The translations under genes and the position numbers were made by a program. Positions 40,227-49,982 of a stretch of DNA of 64,000 nt are shown here, piece after piece. A model generated the notes under the pieces. The model was not told the origin of the DNA. It did no database searches and saw nothing but the letters and a program-made list of their open reading frames with translations. The stretch is from the NCBI GenBank assembly GCA_027007025.1, contig JALTFL010000004.1, forward strand, positions 4,773 to 68,772, written 5' to 3'. Each line of letters opens with the position of its first letter. Within the stretch, counting starts at the first letter, position 1. Origin of the DNA: Nanobdellati archaeon (GTDB lineage Archaea; Nanobdellota; Nanobdellia; CSSed11-243R1).

Positions 40227-40973
40227 TTAATCGGTGTCGACTCTTGGGGCGAGGATGAAACTCAACTGGTACTTGTCAATTTTGTTGCAGTCCAGCCTTA
40301 AAGGATAATCCGTTGAAAAGTTCACAACTATTTTATCCGTCGGCTTGACGCCTTTCAGTATTTTTTCCATATAATCTATTGAATACTTCGACTTTTGCTC
40401 GCCGTCTGTCTCAAGAGAGACCAAACTTGGAGAATCCTTCGCCAGTTCCAACTGCGTTTCTGAGATATCTCCAAACGATTTAATCACAAAGGAATTTGCA
40501 TTTGCTTCAAGAACAACGCAGTCAGAAACCATTGACGCATCCTTCACACCATCTTTCAAAACGTTTGCAAAAAGTTCCACCTTAGACTTAAACGACAATG
40601 ACGGCATGTTGTGGCTTCCATGTGGGGTGTCTATTAGCGGAATTGAAAAATTCCTCTTGAAGTCCCCCACCATACTTATCTTTAACTTGCTCTCGGAGAG
40701 CTCAAGTTTTATCTTGTCATTAGCTCTTGCTCTTTTTAAAATAGAAACAAAGTTTGGAAGATTAATTGTCATTTCGCTTTCTTCCTCAAAGTTGTATTCC
40801 AAAAATGCGCTCGGAAGAATCTTAAAAATAACCATAGCAACCGAGGCGGGGTCCATGGCAATCAAATCCAACCCATTCTTGCTTACCTTAAATGTTCCTT
40901 CATTTATCAATAAAGAAATGGCATCCAAACTGTCTTTGAGTACTGAGATATCCTGAATTAATGCCTTAAACAT
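40227..40973 (-). CDS. pcn: DNA polymerase sliding clamp (PCNA)
   Basis: 248 aa with PCNA-like two-domain layout and acidic C-terminus. Confidence 0.8.
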   Translation of the reverse strand: MFKALIQDISVLKDSLDAISLLINEGTFKVSKNGLDLIAMDPASVAMVIFKILPSAFLEYNFEEESEMTINLPNFVSILKRARANDKIKLELSESKLKISMVGDFKRNFSIPLIDTPHGSHNMPSLSFKSKVELFANVLKDGVKDASMVSDCVVLEANANSFVIKSFGDISETQLELAKDSPSLVSLETDGEQKSKYSIDYMEKILKGVKPTDKIVVNFSTDYPLRLDCNKIDKYQLSFILAPRVDTD

Positions 40974-40996
40974 AAATCACCCCTTTTAACATCAAT

Positions 40997-41185
40997 TTAA
41001 TATGATGACAACACAGCGCCAATTATTGTTATGATTACCCCCACAATAAGCACCAACAAATTTCCTGAAATACCCATAACTCCTGGAAGATTAATTCCTA
41101 AATCAATGCCCAACGGCAAAAATCCAGCCAATAAAGCACCTAACACTGCAATGATTATACCAATTATCAACACAATTATCTTCAT
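40997..41185 (-). CDS. Small hydrophobic membrane protein
   Basis: 62 aa, two hydrophobic helices rich in G/I/L/V. Confidence 0.35.
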   Translation of the reverse strand: MKIIVLIIGIIIAVLGALLAGFLPLGIDLGINLPGVMGISGNLLVLIVGVIITIIGAVLSSY

Positions 41186-41199
41186 AATATCACTAATTA

Positions 41200-41535
41200 T
41201 TAATCACTCTTCAACTTTAAATATTTTTCATATAACTCGGGATTTAGCTTTGAAAAATCCTGAACAATTTCACCCCGTAGTTCAACGGTTTCTCCTTCAA
41301 GTGGAGGTATAACAACACCCATAACTCTTATGAGTTTTCCAACTTCAATTTTGTTGAATTCATCAGGCTCCAACAAAATTCTCAATGTTGAACCCCCATC
41401 GTCTATCACAATAGACATATTTGAAGCATCCTTCTCAATTACAGTTCCTATAACCTTAACACGTATGTCTGTGGAATTAAGCTCTGAAATCCTTTTTTCA
41501 AATGCGACATTTCTCCTTTTTCTTTCGGATTTCAT
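41200..41535 (-). CDS. OB-fold nucleic-acid-binding protein
   Basis: Start at ATG overlapping the TFS stop (cTGATGAaa); beta-rich RVKVIGTVIEKD...LRILLEPDEF pattern consistent with an OB fold. Confidence 0.45.
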   Translation of the reverse strand: MKSERKRRNVAFEKRISELNSTDIRVKVIGTVIEKDASNMSIVIDDGGSTLRILLEPDEFNKIEVGKLIRVMGVVIPPLEGETVELRGEIVQDFSKLNPELYEKYLKLKSD

Positions 41536-41843
41536 CAGCTGTACTCCCTCCAAACATGCCCACACTTGGTGCATTTGTAAAATCTTGTTGGCGGTTCGTC
41601 GGCAGCTCTTGTCTGAACAACCCAAAAGTAAGCTTCATTGTTTCCACACTTCGGACATTTCGCCTTTGTCTTTGGATGAACCTCAGGATTTTCTTTGGCA
41701 ACCTTCACAGTCTTATCTTTTTTCTTAGACTGCTTTTCTTTTATCTTACCTTCCTTTCCTTTTTTGAGGGTGTAACCACAACTAGAACAAACCAACTTCC
41801 CATTCTTATTTATGATAATACTCCCACATTTAGGACAAAACAT
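41535..41843 (-). CDS. tfs: Transcription factor S (TFS)
   Basis: N-terminal zinc ribbon CPKCG...CSSCG; C-terminal TFIIS-type ribbon CPKCG..QTRAADEPPTRFYKCTKCG with acidic hairpin. Confidence 0.75.
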   Translation of the reverse strand: MFCPKCGSIIINKNGKLVCSSCGYTLKKGKEGKIKEKQSKKKDKTVKVAKENPEVHPKTKAKCPKCGNNEAYFWVVQTRAADEPPTRFYKCTKCGHVWREYS

Positions 41844-41878
41844 AAATTGTTAGAAAAGAATAAGGGTTAAAAACTTTT

Positions 41879-42478
41879 CTAAAAAGGAACTAATTTTGAA
41901 AAAATTACTTTCGGCCATCCCAAATAAGGTACTTTTGCGACCAATTTCCCGCGCACTTCCCTGTAGGGGATGTCCTTTTCAAGCGACATTATCATAGGAT
42001 TAGCATCACCTTTTGTTGTGTAAAAGTAATCATTCCCAATCTTTTTGACATACATAACTCTATGGATTATCTGTCCTCTAGAAGAATAAAAGAGAATTAC
42101 ATCGCCTACATGTATCTCACTCGCAGGTACTTTTTTAACTGCTATGACATCACCTACATTTAAACCGTTCAGATAAGGCCAATTTTCTACTTCGCTTTTA
42201 TTAAAACCATTGAACTCAAGCCAGTCATAAAAAGTATGGTCTGTCAAAGCGTCATGATGCATGGAACCTGATACCACAGCTGCAATATCAGAATATCCAG
42301 TTACAAGAAGAACCCCTGGAAACACAGCAAATTTCAATAGCACAAATGCAATAATTATAAAAGCAGTATAGCTTGCTACACTTTCTTCCTCCCAAAGAAA
42401 ATGCCAAACTTTTTTCAAAGATTTTTTTACGGAAAATGCTTTCTTCGGATCATGTATCTTTTCGCCTTCTTCTTCCAT
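41879..42478 (-). CDS. Signal peptidase I (archaeal Sec11 type)
   Basis: N-terminal TM anchor, SGSMHHDAL nucleophile-region motif, GDVI and GDAN boxes. Confidence 0.7.
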   Translation of the reverse strand: MEEEGEKIHDPKKAFSVKKSLKKVWHFLWEEESVASYTAFIIIAFVLLKFAVFPGVLLVTGYSDIAAVVSGSMHHDALTDHTFYDWLEFNGFNKSEVENWPYLNGLNVGDVIAVKKVPASEIHVGDVILFYSSRGQIIHRVMYVKKIGNDYFYTTKGDANPMIMSLEKDIPYREVRGKLVAKVPYLGWPKVIFSKLVPF

Positions 42479-42556
42479 TTCAAATCCTTCTTTATGACAT
42501 TAATTTTTGTTTAGCAATGGTTTATATTGTTTTCTAATAATATCAAAGAATAAAAA

Positions 42557-42829
42557 TTAAATCTTTTTTATTTCCGTCTCAAGCTTTGAAAGTTTCTTTT
42601 GAAGCCTTTCAATTGCTTTTTTTATTGCGGTTCTTGGCGTCCCTTTTGACATTGAAACTGTGAAAATTGCGTCCTTCACAAGGGGATGCTCAATTGTATA
42701 TCCCGCAAACTCCACAGACTCGTCATTAAAAAGCTCATTTCTAATAAGATTCAAAATTGTGTGCGTCTCGCCCTTTACCTTGAACTTAATTTTATTTTTT
42801 TCTTCTTCTAGTATTTCAATTTCAACCAT
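42557..42829 (-). CDS. rpoL: DNA-directed RNA polymerase subunit L (Rpb11 homologue)
   Basis: GETHTILNLIRNEL...VEFAGYTIEHPL motif; start at MVEIEIL. Confidence 0.8.
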   Translation of the reverse strand: MVEIEILEEEKNKIKFKVKGETHTILNLIRNELFNDESVEFAGYTIEHPLVKDAIFTVSMSKGTPRTAIKKAIERLQKKLSKLETEIKKI

Positions 42830-42899
42830 ACTCAAACCACGCATTTGGGCATTTTAAAAGTTTTCTATATCACTAATTATTTAAACCATTAGCAATATT

Positions 42900-43922
42900 T
42901 TGGTGTATATGAAAAAAGAATTCAAACACAAAAAGCGCAAACACGCAAAATCCAAGGAGAAAAAACGCGCTAAGAAGCAAGTTGAAAGAGAACCAGTTGT
43001 CATAAAAGTAACTCCATTCGGACTCTTCGCGTTTCACAAAAACAAGCTTGTCAAGAAAAGCATTTGGAAAGAAAACGAGGCGGCTGAGAATTTCTTCAAA
43101 AGAGATGAACTCATAAAAGAATTTAGGTCAAAAGTAGGCATACGCGCTAAATACGAAACTCATTCCATTTTTGGGAGTGAACTCGAGGATTTCGCAAAAA
43201 AACAAGGAATTAAATTCAACTTCCAGAAATTCATGATAGAATTTACAAAACTAAAGATAAAAGCAGGGCTCTCAAAGGATAGAATAATTATACAGGCAGT
43301 CAACACATTTGAAGAGCTCAACAAAATGATTAACATGATGTATGAAAAGCTAAGGGAATGGTACGGATTGTATTGGCCGGAAAGCGTCGAGAAAACAAAA
43401 ACCATTGATGAATTCCTGGAGATAGTCGGCAAAAGGCGCGACGGACAAAGCATGGGCTTTGAATTTGAGGAAGAAGACTTGGAGATAATAGGTGTTACCA
43501 GCGAAGAACTCAAATCCATGATTTCGCTCAAGGAGAAAATATCAAAATATATAGAAAAAGTGATGTCTAAAACAGCACCTAATATGACAAAAGTAGCGGG
43601 TGCTATAGTGGGTGCAAAGTTGATATCAATTGCTGGTGGTATGGAAAAACTCGCCGAAATGCCGTCATCAACAATACAGATACTCGGAGCGGAAAAGGCA
43701 CTATTTAGACATATAAGAAAGGGAACCAAACCACCAAAGTATGGAGTGCTTTTGTCCCACGAGCTCATGAAGAAAGTTAATCTTAAAAAGCGTGGAAAGC
43801 TGGCGCGCATATTGTCCGCCAAGATATCCATTGCCGCAAGAGTGGATTTTTACTCCAAAGGAAGAGATATTATCTGGAAAGGACTTTTGGATGACATAAA
43901 TGAAAAAATAAAAAGAATCTGA
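42900..43922 (+). CDS. nop5: C/D box sRNP protein Nop5 (Nop56/58 homologue)
   Basis: NOP domain GAEKALFRH...KPPKYG; lysine-rich N-terminus. Confidence 0.8.
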   Translation: MVYMKKEFKHKKRKHAKSKEKKRAKKQVEREPVVIKVTPFGLFAFHKNKLVKKSIWKENEAAENFFKRDELIKEFRSKVGIRAKYETHSIFGSELEDFAKKQGIKFNFQKFMIEFTKLKIKAGLSKDRIIIQAVNTFEELNKMINMMYEKLREWYGLYWPESVEKTKTIDEFLEIVGKRRDGQSMGFEFEEEDLEIIGVTSEELKSMISLKEKISKYIEKVMSKTAPNMTKVAGAIVGAKLISIAGGMEKLAEMPSSTIQILGAEKALFRHIRKGTKPPKYGVLLSHELMKKVNLKKRGKLARILSAKISIAARVDFYSKGRDIIWKGLLDDINEKIKRI

Positions 43923-43953
43923 TAGAAATCTTTTTAAATGATTGTAAAATCGT

Positions 43954-44598
43954 ATGGGTACTGGAGGTTATACCATGACAATACAGATAGATGAACAATC
44001 TAAGGAAAACGTGAAAAAAATCCTTGAAGGATTGGAAAAAGAAACAAAAATAATGTTCTTTGAAGGCGAAAACTGCCAAACATGCCCGGACGTAAAAGAA
44101 TTAATAACAATGGTTGAAGAATTGAGCAACGGCAAGCTGAAAGTCGAATACCATAACATAAGCGAAGACATCGCAAAAGAGATGAAAGTTGACAAGGCAC
44201 CAGCAATAGTGATGGGAAACGTAAGATATTATGGGATGCCATCAGGGCATGAATTTGGTCCTTTTGTCGAGATGATTGTTTTTGTGTCAAAGGGAGAAAA
44301 TATACTTCAAGACAGCACAATCAAAAAGATAAAGAAAATTGACAAGCCAGTAAGACTACAGGTATTTATAACACCAACATGTCCGTACTGTCCTAAGGCG
44401 GTAATAATAGCACACATGTTCGCAATCGCCAACAAGAACATAACTTCAGACATGGTAGAAGCAATTGAATTTCCAAAGGAATCCCAAAAGTATGGAGTAA
44501 TGGCTGTTCCAAAAATAGTCATAAACGAAAAGCACAGCTTTGAGGGAGCATATCCTGAGGAAGCTTTCGCGGACGAAGTGCTCAAGGCAGTCGAGTAA
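43954..44598 (+). CDS. Protein disulfide oxidoreductase with two thioredoxin-like units
   Basis: Two CxxC active sites (CQTC and CPYC) about 100 aa apart. Confidence 0.6.
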   Translation: MGTGGYTMTIQIDEQSKENVKKILEGLEKETKIMFFEGENCQTCPDVKELITMVEELSNGKLKVEYHNISEDIAKEMKVDKAPAIVMGNVRYYGMPSGHEFGPFVEMIVFVSKGENILQDSTIKKIKKIDKPVRLQVFITPTCPYCPKAVIIAHMFAIANKNITSDMVEAIEFPKESQKYGVMAVPKIVINEKHSFEGAYPEEAFADEVLKAVE

Positions 44599-44633
44599 AC
44601 ACTTTTTTAAACTTTTATTTTATTTCGTTTTCT

Positions 44634-45041
44634 ATGAATACAAGAAAAGTTTCAGTAGTCGTGTTTTACACAGAAGACAAAAAAATCCTTCTCCAAGACA
44701 GGAGGAACATGAGCAAATTTGGGGAAGAATGGGGATTCTTCGGCGGAGGAATTGAAGACGGGGAAACACCCGAAGACGCCCTTGTCAGGGAGATAAGAGA
44801 AGAGTTAACATATGACTTGCGCGACTTCATATTTATAGGAGATGCATTTGGAATAGTTGACAGCGAACACTCAGTCGAGGCGTACGTTTTCATATCCCCG
44901 CTAGACGACAAGCAGAAACATTTCAAACAAAAAGAAGGAGCAGGAATGAAACTTTTCACGATTGAGGAAGCGGAGAAACTGAAATTGATGCCAGGAATAG
45001 ACAAAGAGATTTTAAAGCTTGTTAAGGAGAAGTTAATATGA
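44634..45041 (+). CDS. NUDIX hydrolase
   Basis: Nudix box GGGIEDGETPEDALVREIREELT. Confidence 0.8.
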   Translation: MNTRKVSVVVFYTEDKKILLQDRRNMSKFGEEWGFFGGGIEDGETPEDALVREIREELTYDLRDFIFIGDAFGIVDSEHSVEAYVFISPLDDKQKHFKQKEGAGMKLFTIEEAEKLKLMPGIDKEILKLVKEKLI

Positions 45042-45712
45042 AAATCACAAAATCAAAATACGAAGGGATATTTCTAGTTGAAAATGGCAAGAAAAAAATT
45101 GCCACCATCAACTTGGTTCCGGGATACACGCCGTTCAGCGAACAAACAGTCAAGCAGGATGGAAAAGAATACAGGATTTGGAACCCTCACCGCTCGAAGT
45201 GGGCTGCGGCAATAATGAAGAACATAAAAAAATTCTCCCTAAAGAAAGGAGACAACGTATTGTACTTGGGCGCGGCATCCGGGCAGAGCGCGTCATACAT
45301 CTCAGACATAGTCGGGAAGGAAGGAAAAGTTTTTTGCATTGACATTGCGCCTCGCGTTATGAGGGACTTGATATTCGTCGCGGAGAAAAAGGAAAACATG
45401 GTTCCTATACTCGCCGACGCGACAAACCCAAAAGAGTACGAGTTCATCGGCAAGGTTGATTTCATATTCCAGGATGTTGCCATGCCAAACCAGGTTGAAA
45501 TCCTGAAAAGAAACGCACACTTTCTCAAAGATGGCGGGCAGATTCTGCTTGCCGTCAAATCAAGAAGTATAGACGTGACTGCAAAGCCCAGCGACATATT
45601 CGCAAAAGTCGAGCATCAGCTCGCGAAGGATTTTGACATAATCGACAAGAAAAGGCTCGAGCCGTATGAGATGGACCACATCGTATTTCTTTTAAGCAAA
45701 AAGGTTAAATAA
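45038..45712 (+). CDS. flpA: Fibrillarin (C/D box sRNP 2'-O-methyltransferase)
   Basis: SAM-binding LYLGAASGQSASYISD, fibrillarin-like length. Confidence 0.9.
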   Translation: MKITKSKYEGIFLVENGKKKIATINLVPGYTPFSEQTVKQDGKEYRIWNPHRSKWAAAIMKNIKKFSLKKGDNVLYLGAASGQSASYISDIVGKEGKVFCIDIAPRVMRDLIFVAEKKENMVPILADATNPKEYEFIGKVDFIFQDVAMPNQVEILKRNAHFLKDGGQILLAVKSRSIDVTAKPSDIFAKVEHQLAKDFDIIDKKRLEPYEMDHIVFLLSKKVK

Positions 45713-45742
45713 GGTGTCGCGTTCAAACAAAGAGGGGTAAGT

Positions 45743-46501
45743 ATGAATAAAAAAATATTTTTGGCAATTGCATTTGTAGCAGTCATATTTGTATTTGGAT
45801 GTGTAGGTGCAAAGAAGATTCCATTAAGAGAAAATAAGTCTAATATGGTGGTTGGTAACAACACTGCGAATGTTGTTGTAAATACACCTGTTGTCAAGGA
45901 TATAGATATAAATTATTTCACATTCCACCCGAACATACTAAAAATTTCTCCTGGAACAACCGTTGTCTGGAAGAACCAGGACGATGATGTTATTTATGAA
46001 GTCGTAAGCGGACACATTGAAGGATACAAGGAATTCCAAACAAATTTGTTTGACAGCGGAGAAATGGGTTATGGGAACAGCTTCAATTACACTTTTGACA
46101 AAGAAGGAGATTACCCATTCTACCTGAAAGGACATGTCAACATACAGGGGATTATAATTGTCGGAAATGGAAATGACACCCCAATTGAAATAAGAAGTCC
46201 TCATTTTGTCGGCTCGACGCCTCCACACAACAAAACACTTGATTCCCTCAATGAGATTTGGATAACATTCAACGCACAGATAAGCAATCAAAGCACAATC
46301 ACGGTGTATGATGTTAAAAACCACAAAATCGTTGAGCCAACTGAAAGCGGAGTTGATATATCCAATAACTTGAGGTTATTCGCAAAGTTTAATTCTCTTG
46401 AACCGTCCGAATACAAAGTGGAATATTATGAAGTAATAGGCAATGAGAGGGCGTATGGGCAGTTTTTCTTCGACATTGCGAAAAATTTAAAAACAGATTA
46501 G
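45743..46501 (+). CDS. Secreted lipobox protein with cupredoxin-like beta-sandwich region
   Basis: N-terminus AVIFVFGCVGAKK; TFHPNILKISPGTTVVW...GHVNIQGIIIV resembles a cupredoxin fold but has no Cys ligand. Confidence 0.4.
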   Translation: MNKKIFLAIAFVAVIFVFGCVGAKKIPLRENKSNMVVGNNTANVVVNTPVVKDIDINYFTFHPNILKISPGTTVVWKNQDDDVIYEVVSGHIEGYKEFQTNLFDSGEMGYGNSFNYTFDKEGDYPFYLKGHVNIQGIIIVGNGNDTPIEIRSPHFVGSTPPHNKTLDSLNEIWITFNAQISNQSTITVYDVKNHKIVEPTESGVDISNNLRLFAKFNSLEPSEYKVEYYEVIGNERAYGQFFFDIAKNLKTD

Positions 46502-46559
46502 TAATAATATAAGAAATATATTCTCATCACAACAAGCAATGAGAAAGGGGTGATTTAAA

Positions 46560-48179
46560 ATGGCAGACAACAATCAACAACCAATATTCATTTTACCGGA
46601 AGGGTATAAGAGACAGATGGGTAAAGACGCCCAGAGAACAAATATAATGGCCGCAAGGATTGTGGCGGAGACAATACGGACAACATTGGGTCCAAAAGGG
46701 ATGGACAAAATGCTTGTCGACACATTGGGAGACGTCGTAATAACAAACGACGGAGTCACAATCCTGAAAGAAATGGAAATAGAACATCCCGCCGCAAAGA
46801 TGATGGTGGAAATCGCCGAAACCCAAGAGGAAGAAGTCGGCGACGGAACCACAACGGCAGTAATTCTCGCGGGCGAGCTTTTGAAAAGGGCAGAGGACTT
46901 GCTTGACCAGGAGATTCACCCGACGATAATCGCGCACGGCTTTGAGATGGCTGCTGACAAGGCGGCAGAAATTCTAGAAAAAATTGCCATAAAGATAAAT
47001 CCAGATGAAACTGAAATGCTAGAAAAAATCGTAAAAACCGCGATGACTGGAAAAGGCTCGATTGCAATAAGAGAAAAACTCAACAAAATAATTGTGAGCG
47101 CTGTGAAGGAAGTCGCGGAAAAAACGGATGAAGGAATTGTGATTGATGTTGACAATATAAAACTCGAAAAGAAAACTGGTGGTGGAGTTAGTGACACAGA
47201 ATTAATCAAGGGGATCACAATCGACAAGGAGAGGGTCCACTCGGAAATGCCAAAGACCGTCAAGGATGCTAAGATACTTGTAATCGAAACACCGCTTGAG
47301 GCAAAAGAAACTGGCTCCGACACACAGATAAGAATAAACACACCCGAACAGCTGAAAGCATTCATAGCAGAAGAAGAGAATCAACTAAAGGATATGGTTG
47401 AGAAAATAAAATCTGTAGGTGCAAATGTTGTCTTCTGCCAAAAGGGCATTGATGACGTAGCTCAGCATTTTCTTGCGAAGGAGGGCATCTACGCGTGCAG
47501 AAGAGTCAAGCGCTCAGACATAGAAAAGCTCGCGAAGGCGACGGGTGCCAAGATTGTCTCGACTATTGATGATTTAAGCGAAAGCGACTTGGGATATGCG
47601 GGGCTCGTTGAGGAAAGAAAAATATCCGGAGAGGCAATGACATTTGTTAGAAACTGCAAGAATCCAAAGGCAGTTACAATTTTGATACGCGGTGGAACAG
47701 AGCATGTCGTCGACGAAGTTGAAAGGGCAATTCAGGACGCAATAGGAGACTTAGCATCGGTTTTAGAGAACAGCAAAATTGTTGCCGGCGGAGGAGCACC
47801 AGAGATTGAAGTCGCTAAGGAAATACGAAAATTCGCAGCATCTCTAGGAGGTAGAGAACAGCTTGCAGCGCAGGCATTCGCGGATGCCATGGAATCTATT
47901 CCAAGAACCCTTGCTGAGAACGCAGGGCTGGACCCAATAGATATGCTTGTCAATCTCAAAGCAGCCCACGAGGAAGGAAAATTGTGGGCAGGAATAGACA
48001 TCGCAAAGGGAGAAATAGTTGACATGCTTAATGGTGATGTTATTGAGCCACTGAAAGTAAAGACACAAGCAATAAAATCCGCAAGCGAAGTAGCGATAAT
48101 GATATTAAGAATTGACGATGTAATCGCAGCGGGCAAGTTAAGCAAGGATAATATGCCTCAAAGTATGCCCGGCATGTAA
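46560..48179 (+). CDS. ths: Thermosome subunit (group II chaperonin)
   Basis: [20 protein letters not shown] and ITNDGVTIL motifs. Confidence 0.95.
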   Translation: MADNNQQPIFILPEGYKRQMGKDAQRTNIMAARIVAETIRTTLGPKGMDKMLVDTLGDVVITNDGVTILKEMEIEHPAAKMMVEIAETQEEEVGDGTTTAVILAGELLKRAEDLLDQEIHPTIIAHGFEMAADKAAEILEKIAIKINPDETEMLEKIVKTAMTGKGSIAIREKLNKIIVSAVKEVAEKTDEGIVIDVDNIKLEKKTGGGVSDTELIKGITIDKERVHSEMPKTVKDAKILVIETPLEAKETGSDTQIRINTPEQLKAFIAEEENQLKDMVEKIKSVGANVVFCQKGIDDVAQHFLAKEGIYACRRVKRSDIEKLAKATGAKIVSTIDDLSESDLGYAGLVEERKISGEAMTFVRNCKNPKAVTILIRGGTEHVVDEVERAIQDAIGDLASVLENSKIVAGGGAPEIEVAKEIRKFAASLGGREQLAAQAFADAMESIPRTLAENAGLDPIDMLVNLKAAHEEGKLWAGIDIAKGEIVDMLNGDVIEPLKVKTQAIKSASEVAIMILRIDDVIAAGKLSKDNMPQSMPGM

Positions 48180-48236
48180 TTTTCTTTTTTTCTATATTTT
48201 TCTAAAGGTTTTTATATTACATTTAATTTAAAATAA

Positions 48237-48638
48237 TTGGTGAGGCTGATGGCTAAAGAAAAAAAATACGAATTAATTCCAGCATCAACTTTAAACAAAT
48301 TCAAAAAAGAGTTTAAGGATATAGAAAGTGAAGAAGACAAGCTGGAGAGGATGGAAAGAAAAATAAATTTATTATCAAAAAATATCGAAGAATCAATGAA
48401 AGTTAATATCGAGCTCCAGGAAAAAGTCGCAGAGATGATGATATATATTTCTCAGCTTGTGGAAATAATGGGGAAACACCCTTCAAAAACAAAAAAAAGT
48501 GAGGATGAATTTCAAACTCTTGCCGAGCAGAACAAAGAGCTCACAGATACATTAAGAAATCTTGAAGAACAGCTCAAAAAAGAGGAGCTTAGAGCCTCTA
48601 TACGGAAAGCATTGAGCAAAGTGAGGGCGATTAAATGA
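48237..48638 (+). CDS. Coiled-coil protein
   Basis: 133 aa, heptad-like K/E-rich sequence; stop overlaps the next start (ATGA). Confidence 0.45.
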   Translation: MVRLMAKEKKYELIPASTLNKFKKEFKDIESEEDKLERMERKINLLSKNIEESMKVNIELQEKVAEMMIYISQLVEIMGKHPSKTKKSEDEFQTLAEQNKELTDTLRNLEEQLKKEELRASIRKALSKVRAIK

Positions 48639-48736
48639 AGAAAGGACTAACACCTCAGGTTGCCATGTTCCTCTTGGTGTCTCTCGTAGTAATAATCATT
48701 CTAATAGGAATTGTTTGGATGAAAGTGCTAAGTTAA
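48635..48736 (+). CDS. 33-aa hydrophobic peptide with pilin-like (class III signal-like) N-terminus
   Basis: MKKG|LTPQVAMFLLVSLVVIIILIGIVWMKVLS; start overlaps upstream stop and the next gene starts 2 nt after its stop; below the ORF-track size cutoff. Confidence 0.3.
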   Translation: MKKGLTPQVAMFLLVSLVVIIILIGIVWMKVLS

Positions 48737-48737
48737 A

Positions 48738-49982
48738 ATGGAAGAAACAAATGTTCAAGAAATTGAAACTTATCCTTTGGTTGTGTTTAATTACGGTGGG
48801 AATGAAATAAAATTCGCGGAAGCCACGATATGTAATAATTCCAATGAATTAAAATATTGTGTAAATGAAATCGAACTTGAGGAACATGAAAGCGATATTT
48901 ACTATGAAATCCTAAAACGAATAAAAAAAATTGACAAGGAAAAAAACCTAAGAAAGTTAAGTCAACAAGATGCGTTCAGGTTCATAGACTATAAAATAAA
49001 AGAAACTTGTCATGAGATGAGAGAAGATATTTCCACTCAAGAGAAGACAAGGATAAAATATTTTCTATATAAAAATTACTTTGGATTCGGAGAAATTGAG
49101 CCATTGTTTTATGACAAGGACGTAAAATATATTTTCTGCGAGCGTCCTGGATTGCCGATTTACATTTTTCACAAAAATCCAAGATATGGATTTATGAAAA
49201 CAAACATCGTACTGAGGAGCATAAGAGAATACAAACTGATATCTGAAAATCTCAAATTGAAATCTAAAAAGCTGAGAGAATCTCCTGATTTCTTTGGCAT
49301 ATTGGAGGACAAACAAGTGGTTGAAGTGAGTGATTCTCATAGAGAATTTAGCATAACCCGCTTCTCAAAAATGCCGACATCCCCAAGAGATATGGTAAAA
49401 CTAAAACTAATTCGGAGGGATGTTTTGGTGTATCTATATAGGATAATCAAAAATAGAGGTTCTGTGCTTATCATTGGAGGAAACTCATCCCAAAGAATTC
49501 AATTAGCTAATTCATTGGCTCTCCTTACCGACAAAAAACTGAAAGCAGTCATCTTTGAAAAAACACCCAGTATCATCCTGCCACACAATGACGCATACTA
49601 CAAAGTGCTTCCGCTTTATGAAAAAAAACATAAACACGTGATAAAAGAATACTTGAGGAAAAATCCAGAGCTAGTAATCTCAGCAGAGATTGAAACAAAC
49701 AAGCAAACAATAAAAAACATAAAACATAAGTGTCAAACATTCATAACTATTGAAGCAAACGATTTGGACAATGCAATTAAAATACTTAACAATGAAGTAC
49801 CTGCACCGTGGATATCCTACATAGATGTCATAGTAAAAATAAAGGAATCAATTGGATGGCCACGTGTAGACGAAATTTATGAAATTACAGCATATGACGC
49901 CCAGTCAAAAATGCTTATGATATCTCCAATTTTTTACAACAATGTTTTGAGAAAAAGCAAATTACTTAGCCAGCAAAGTTAA
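48738..49982 (+). CDS. Secretion-ATPase-like protein (FlaI/VirB11/TadA-like layout) with degenerate P-loop
   Basis: VLIIGGNSSQRIQLANSLALL...KAVIFEKTPSIILPHND occupies the position and spacing of Walker A plus the IEDT box, but the GxxGSGKT residues are replaced. Confidence 0.4.
   Translation: MEETNVQEIETYPLVVFNYGGNEIKFAEATICNNSNELKYCVNEIELEEHESDIYYEILKRIKKIDKEKNLRKLSQQDAFRFIDYKIKETCHEMREDISTQEKTRIKYFLYKNYFGFGEIEPLFYDKDVKYIFCERPGLPIYIFHKNPRYGFMKTNIVLRSIREYKLISENLKLKSKKLRESPDFFGILEDKQVVEVSDSHREFSITRFSKMPTSPRDMVKLKLIRRDVLVYLYRIIKNRGSVLIIGGNSSQRIQLANSLALLTDKKLKAVIFEKTPSIILPHNDAYYKVLPLYEKKHKHVIKEYLRKNPELVISAEIETNKQTIKNIKHKCQTFITIEANDLDNAIKILNNEVPAPWISYIDVIVKIKESIGWPRVDEIYEITAYDAQSKMLMISPIFYNNVLRKSKLLSQQS

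Noticed and set aside
46574-48145. Several minus-strand ORFs of 74-149 aa
   Set aside because: Antisense to the thermosome gene; low-complexity translations
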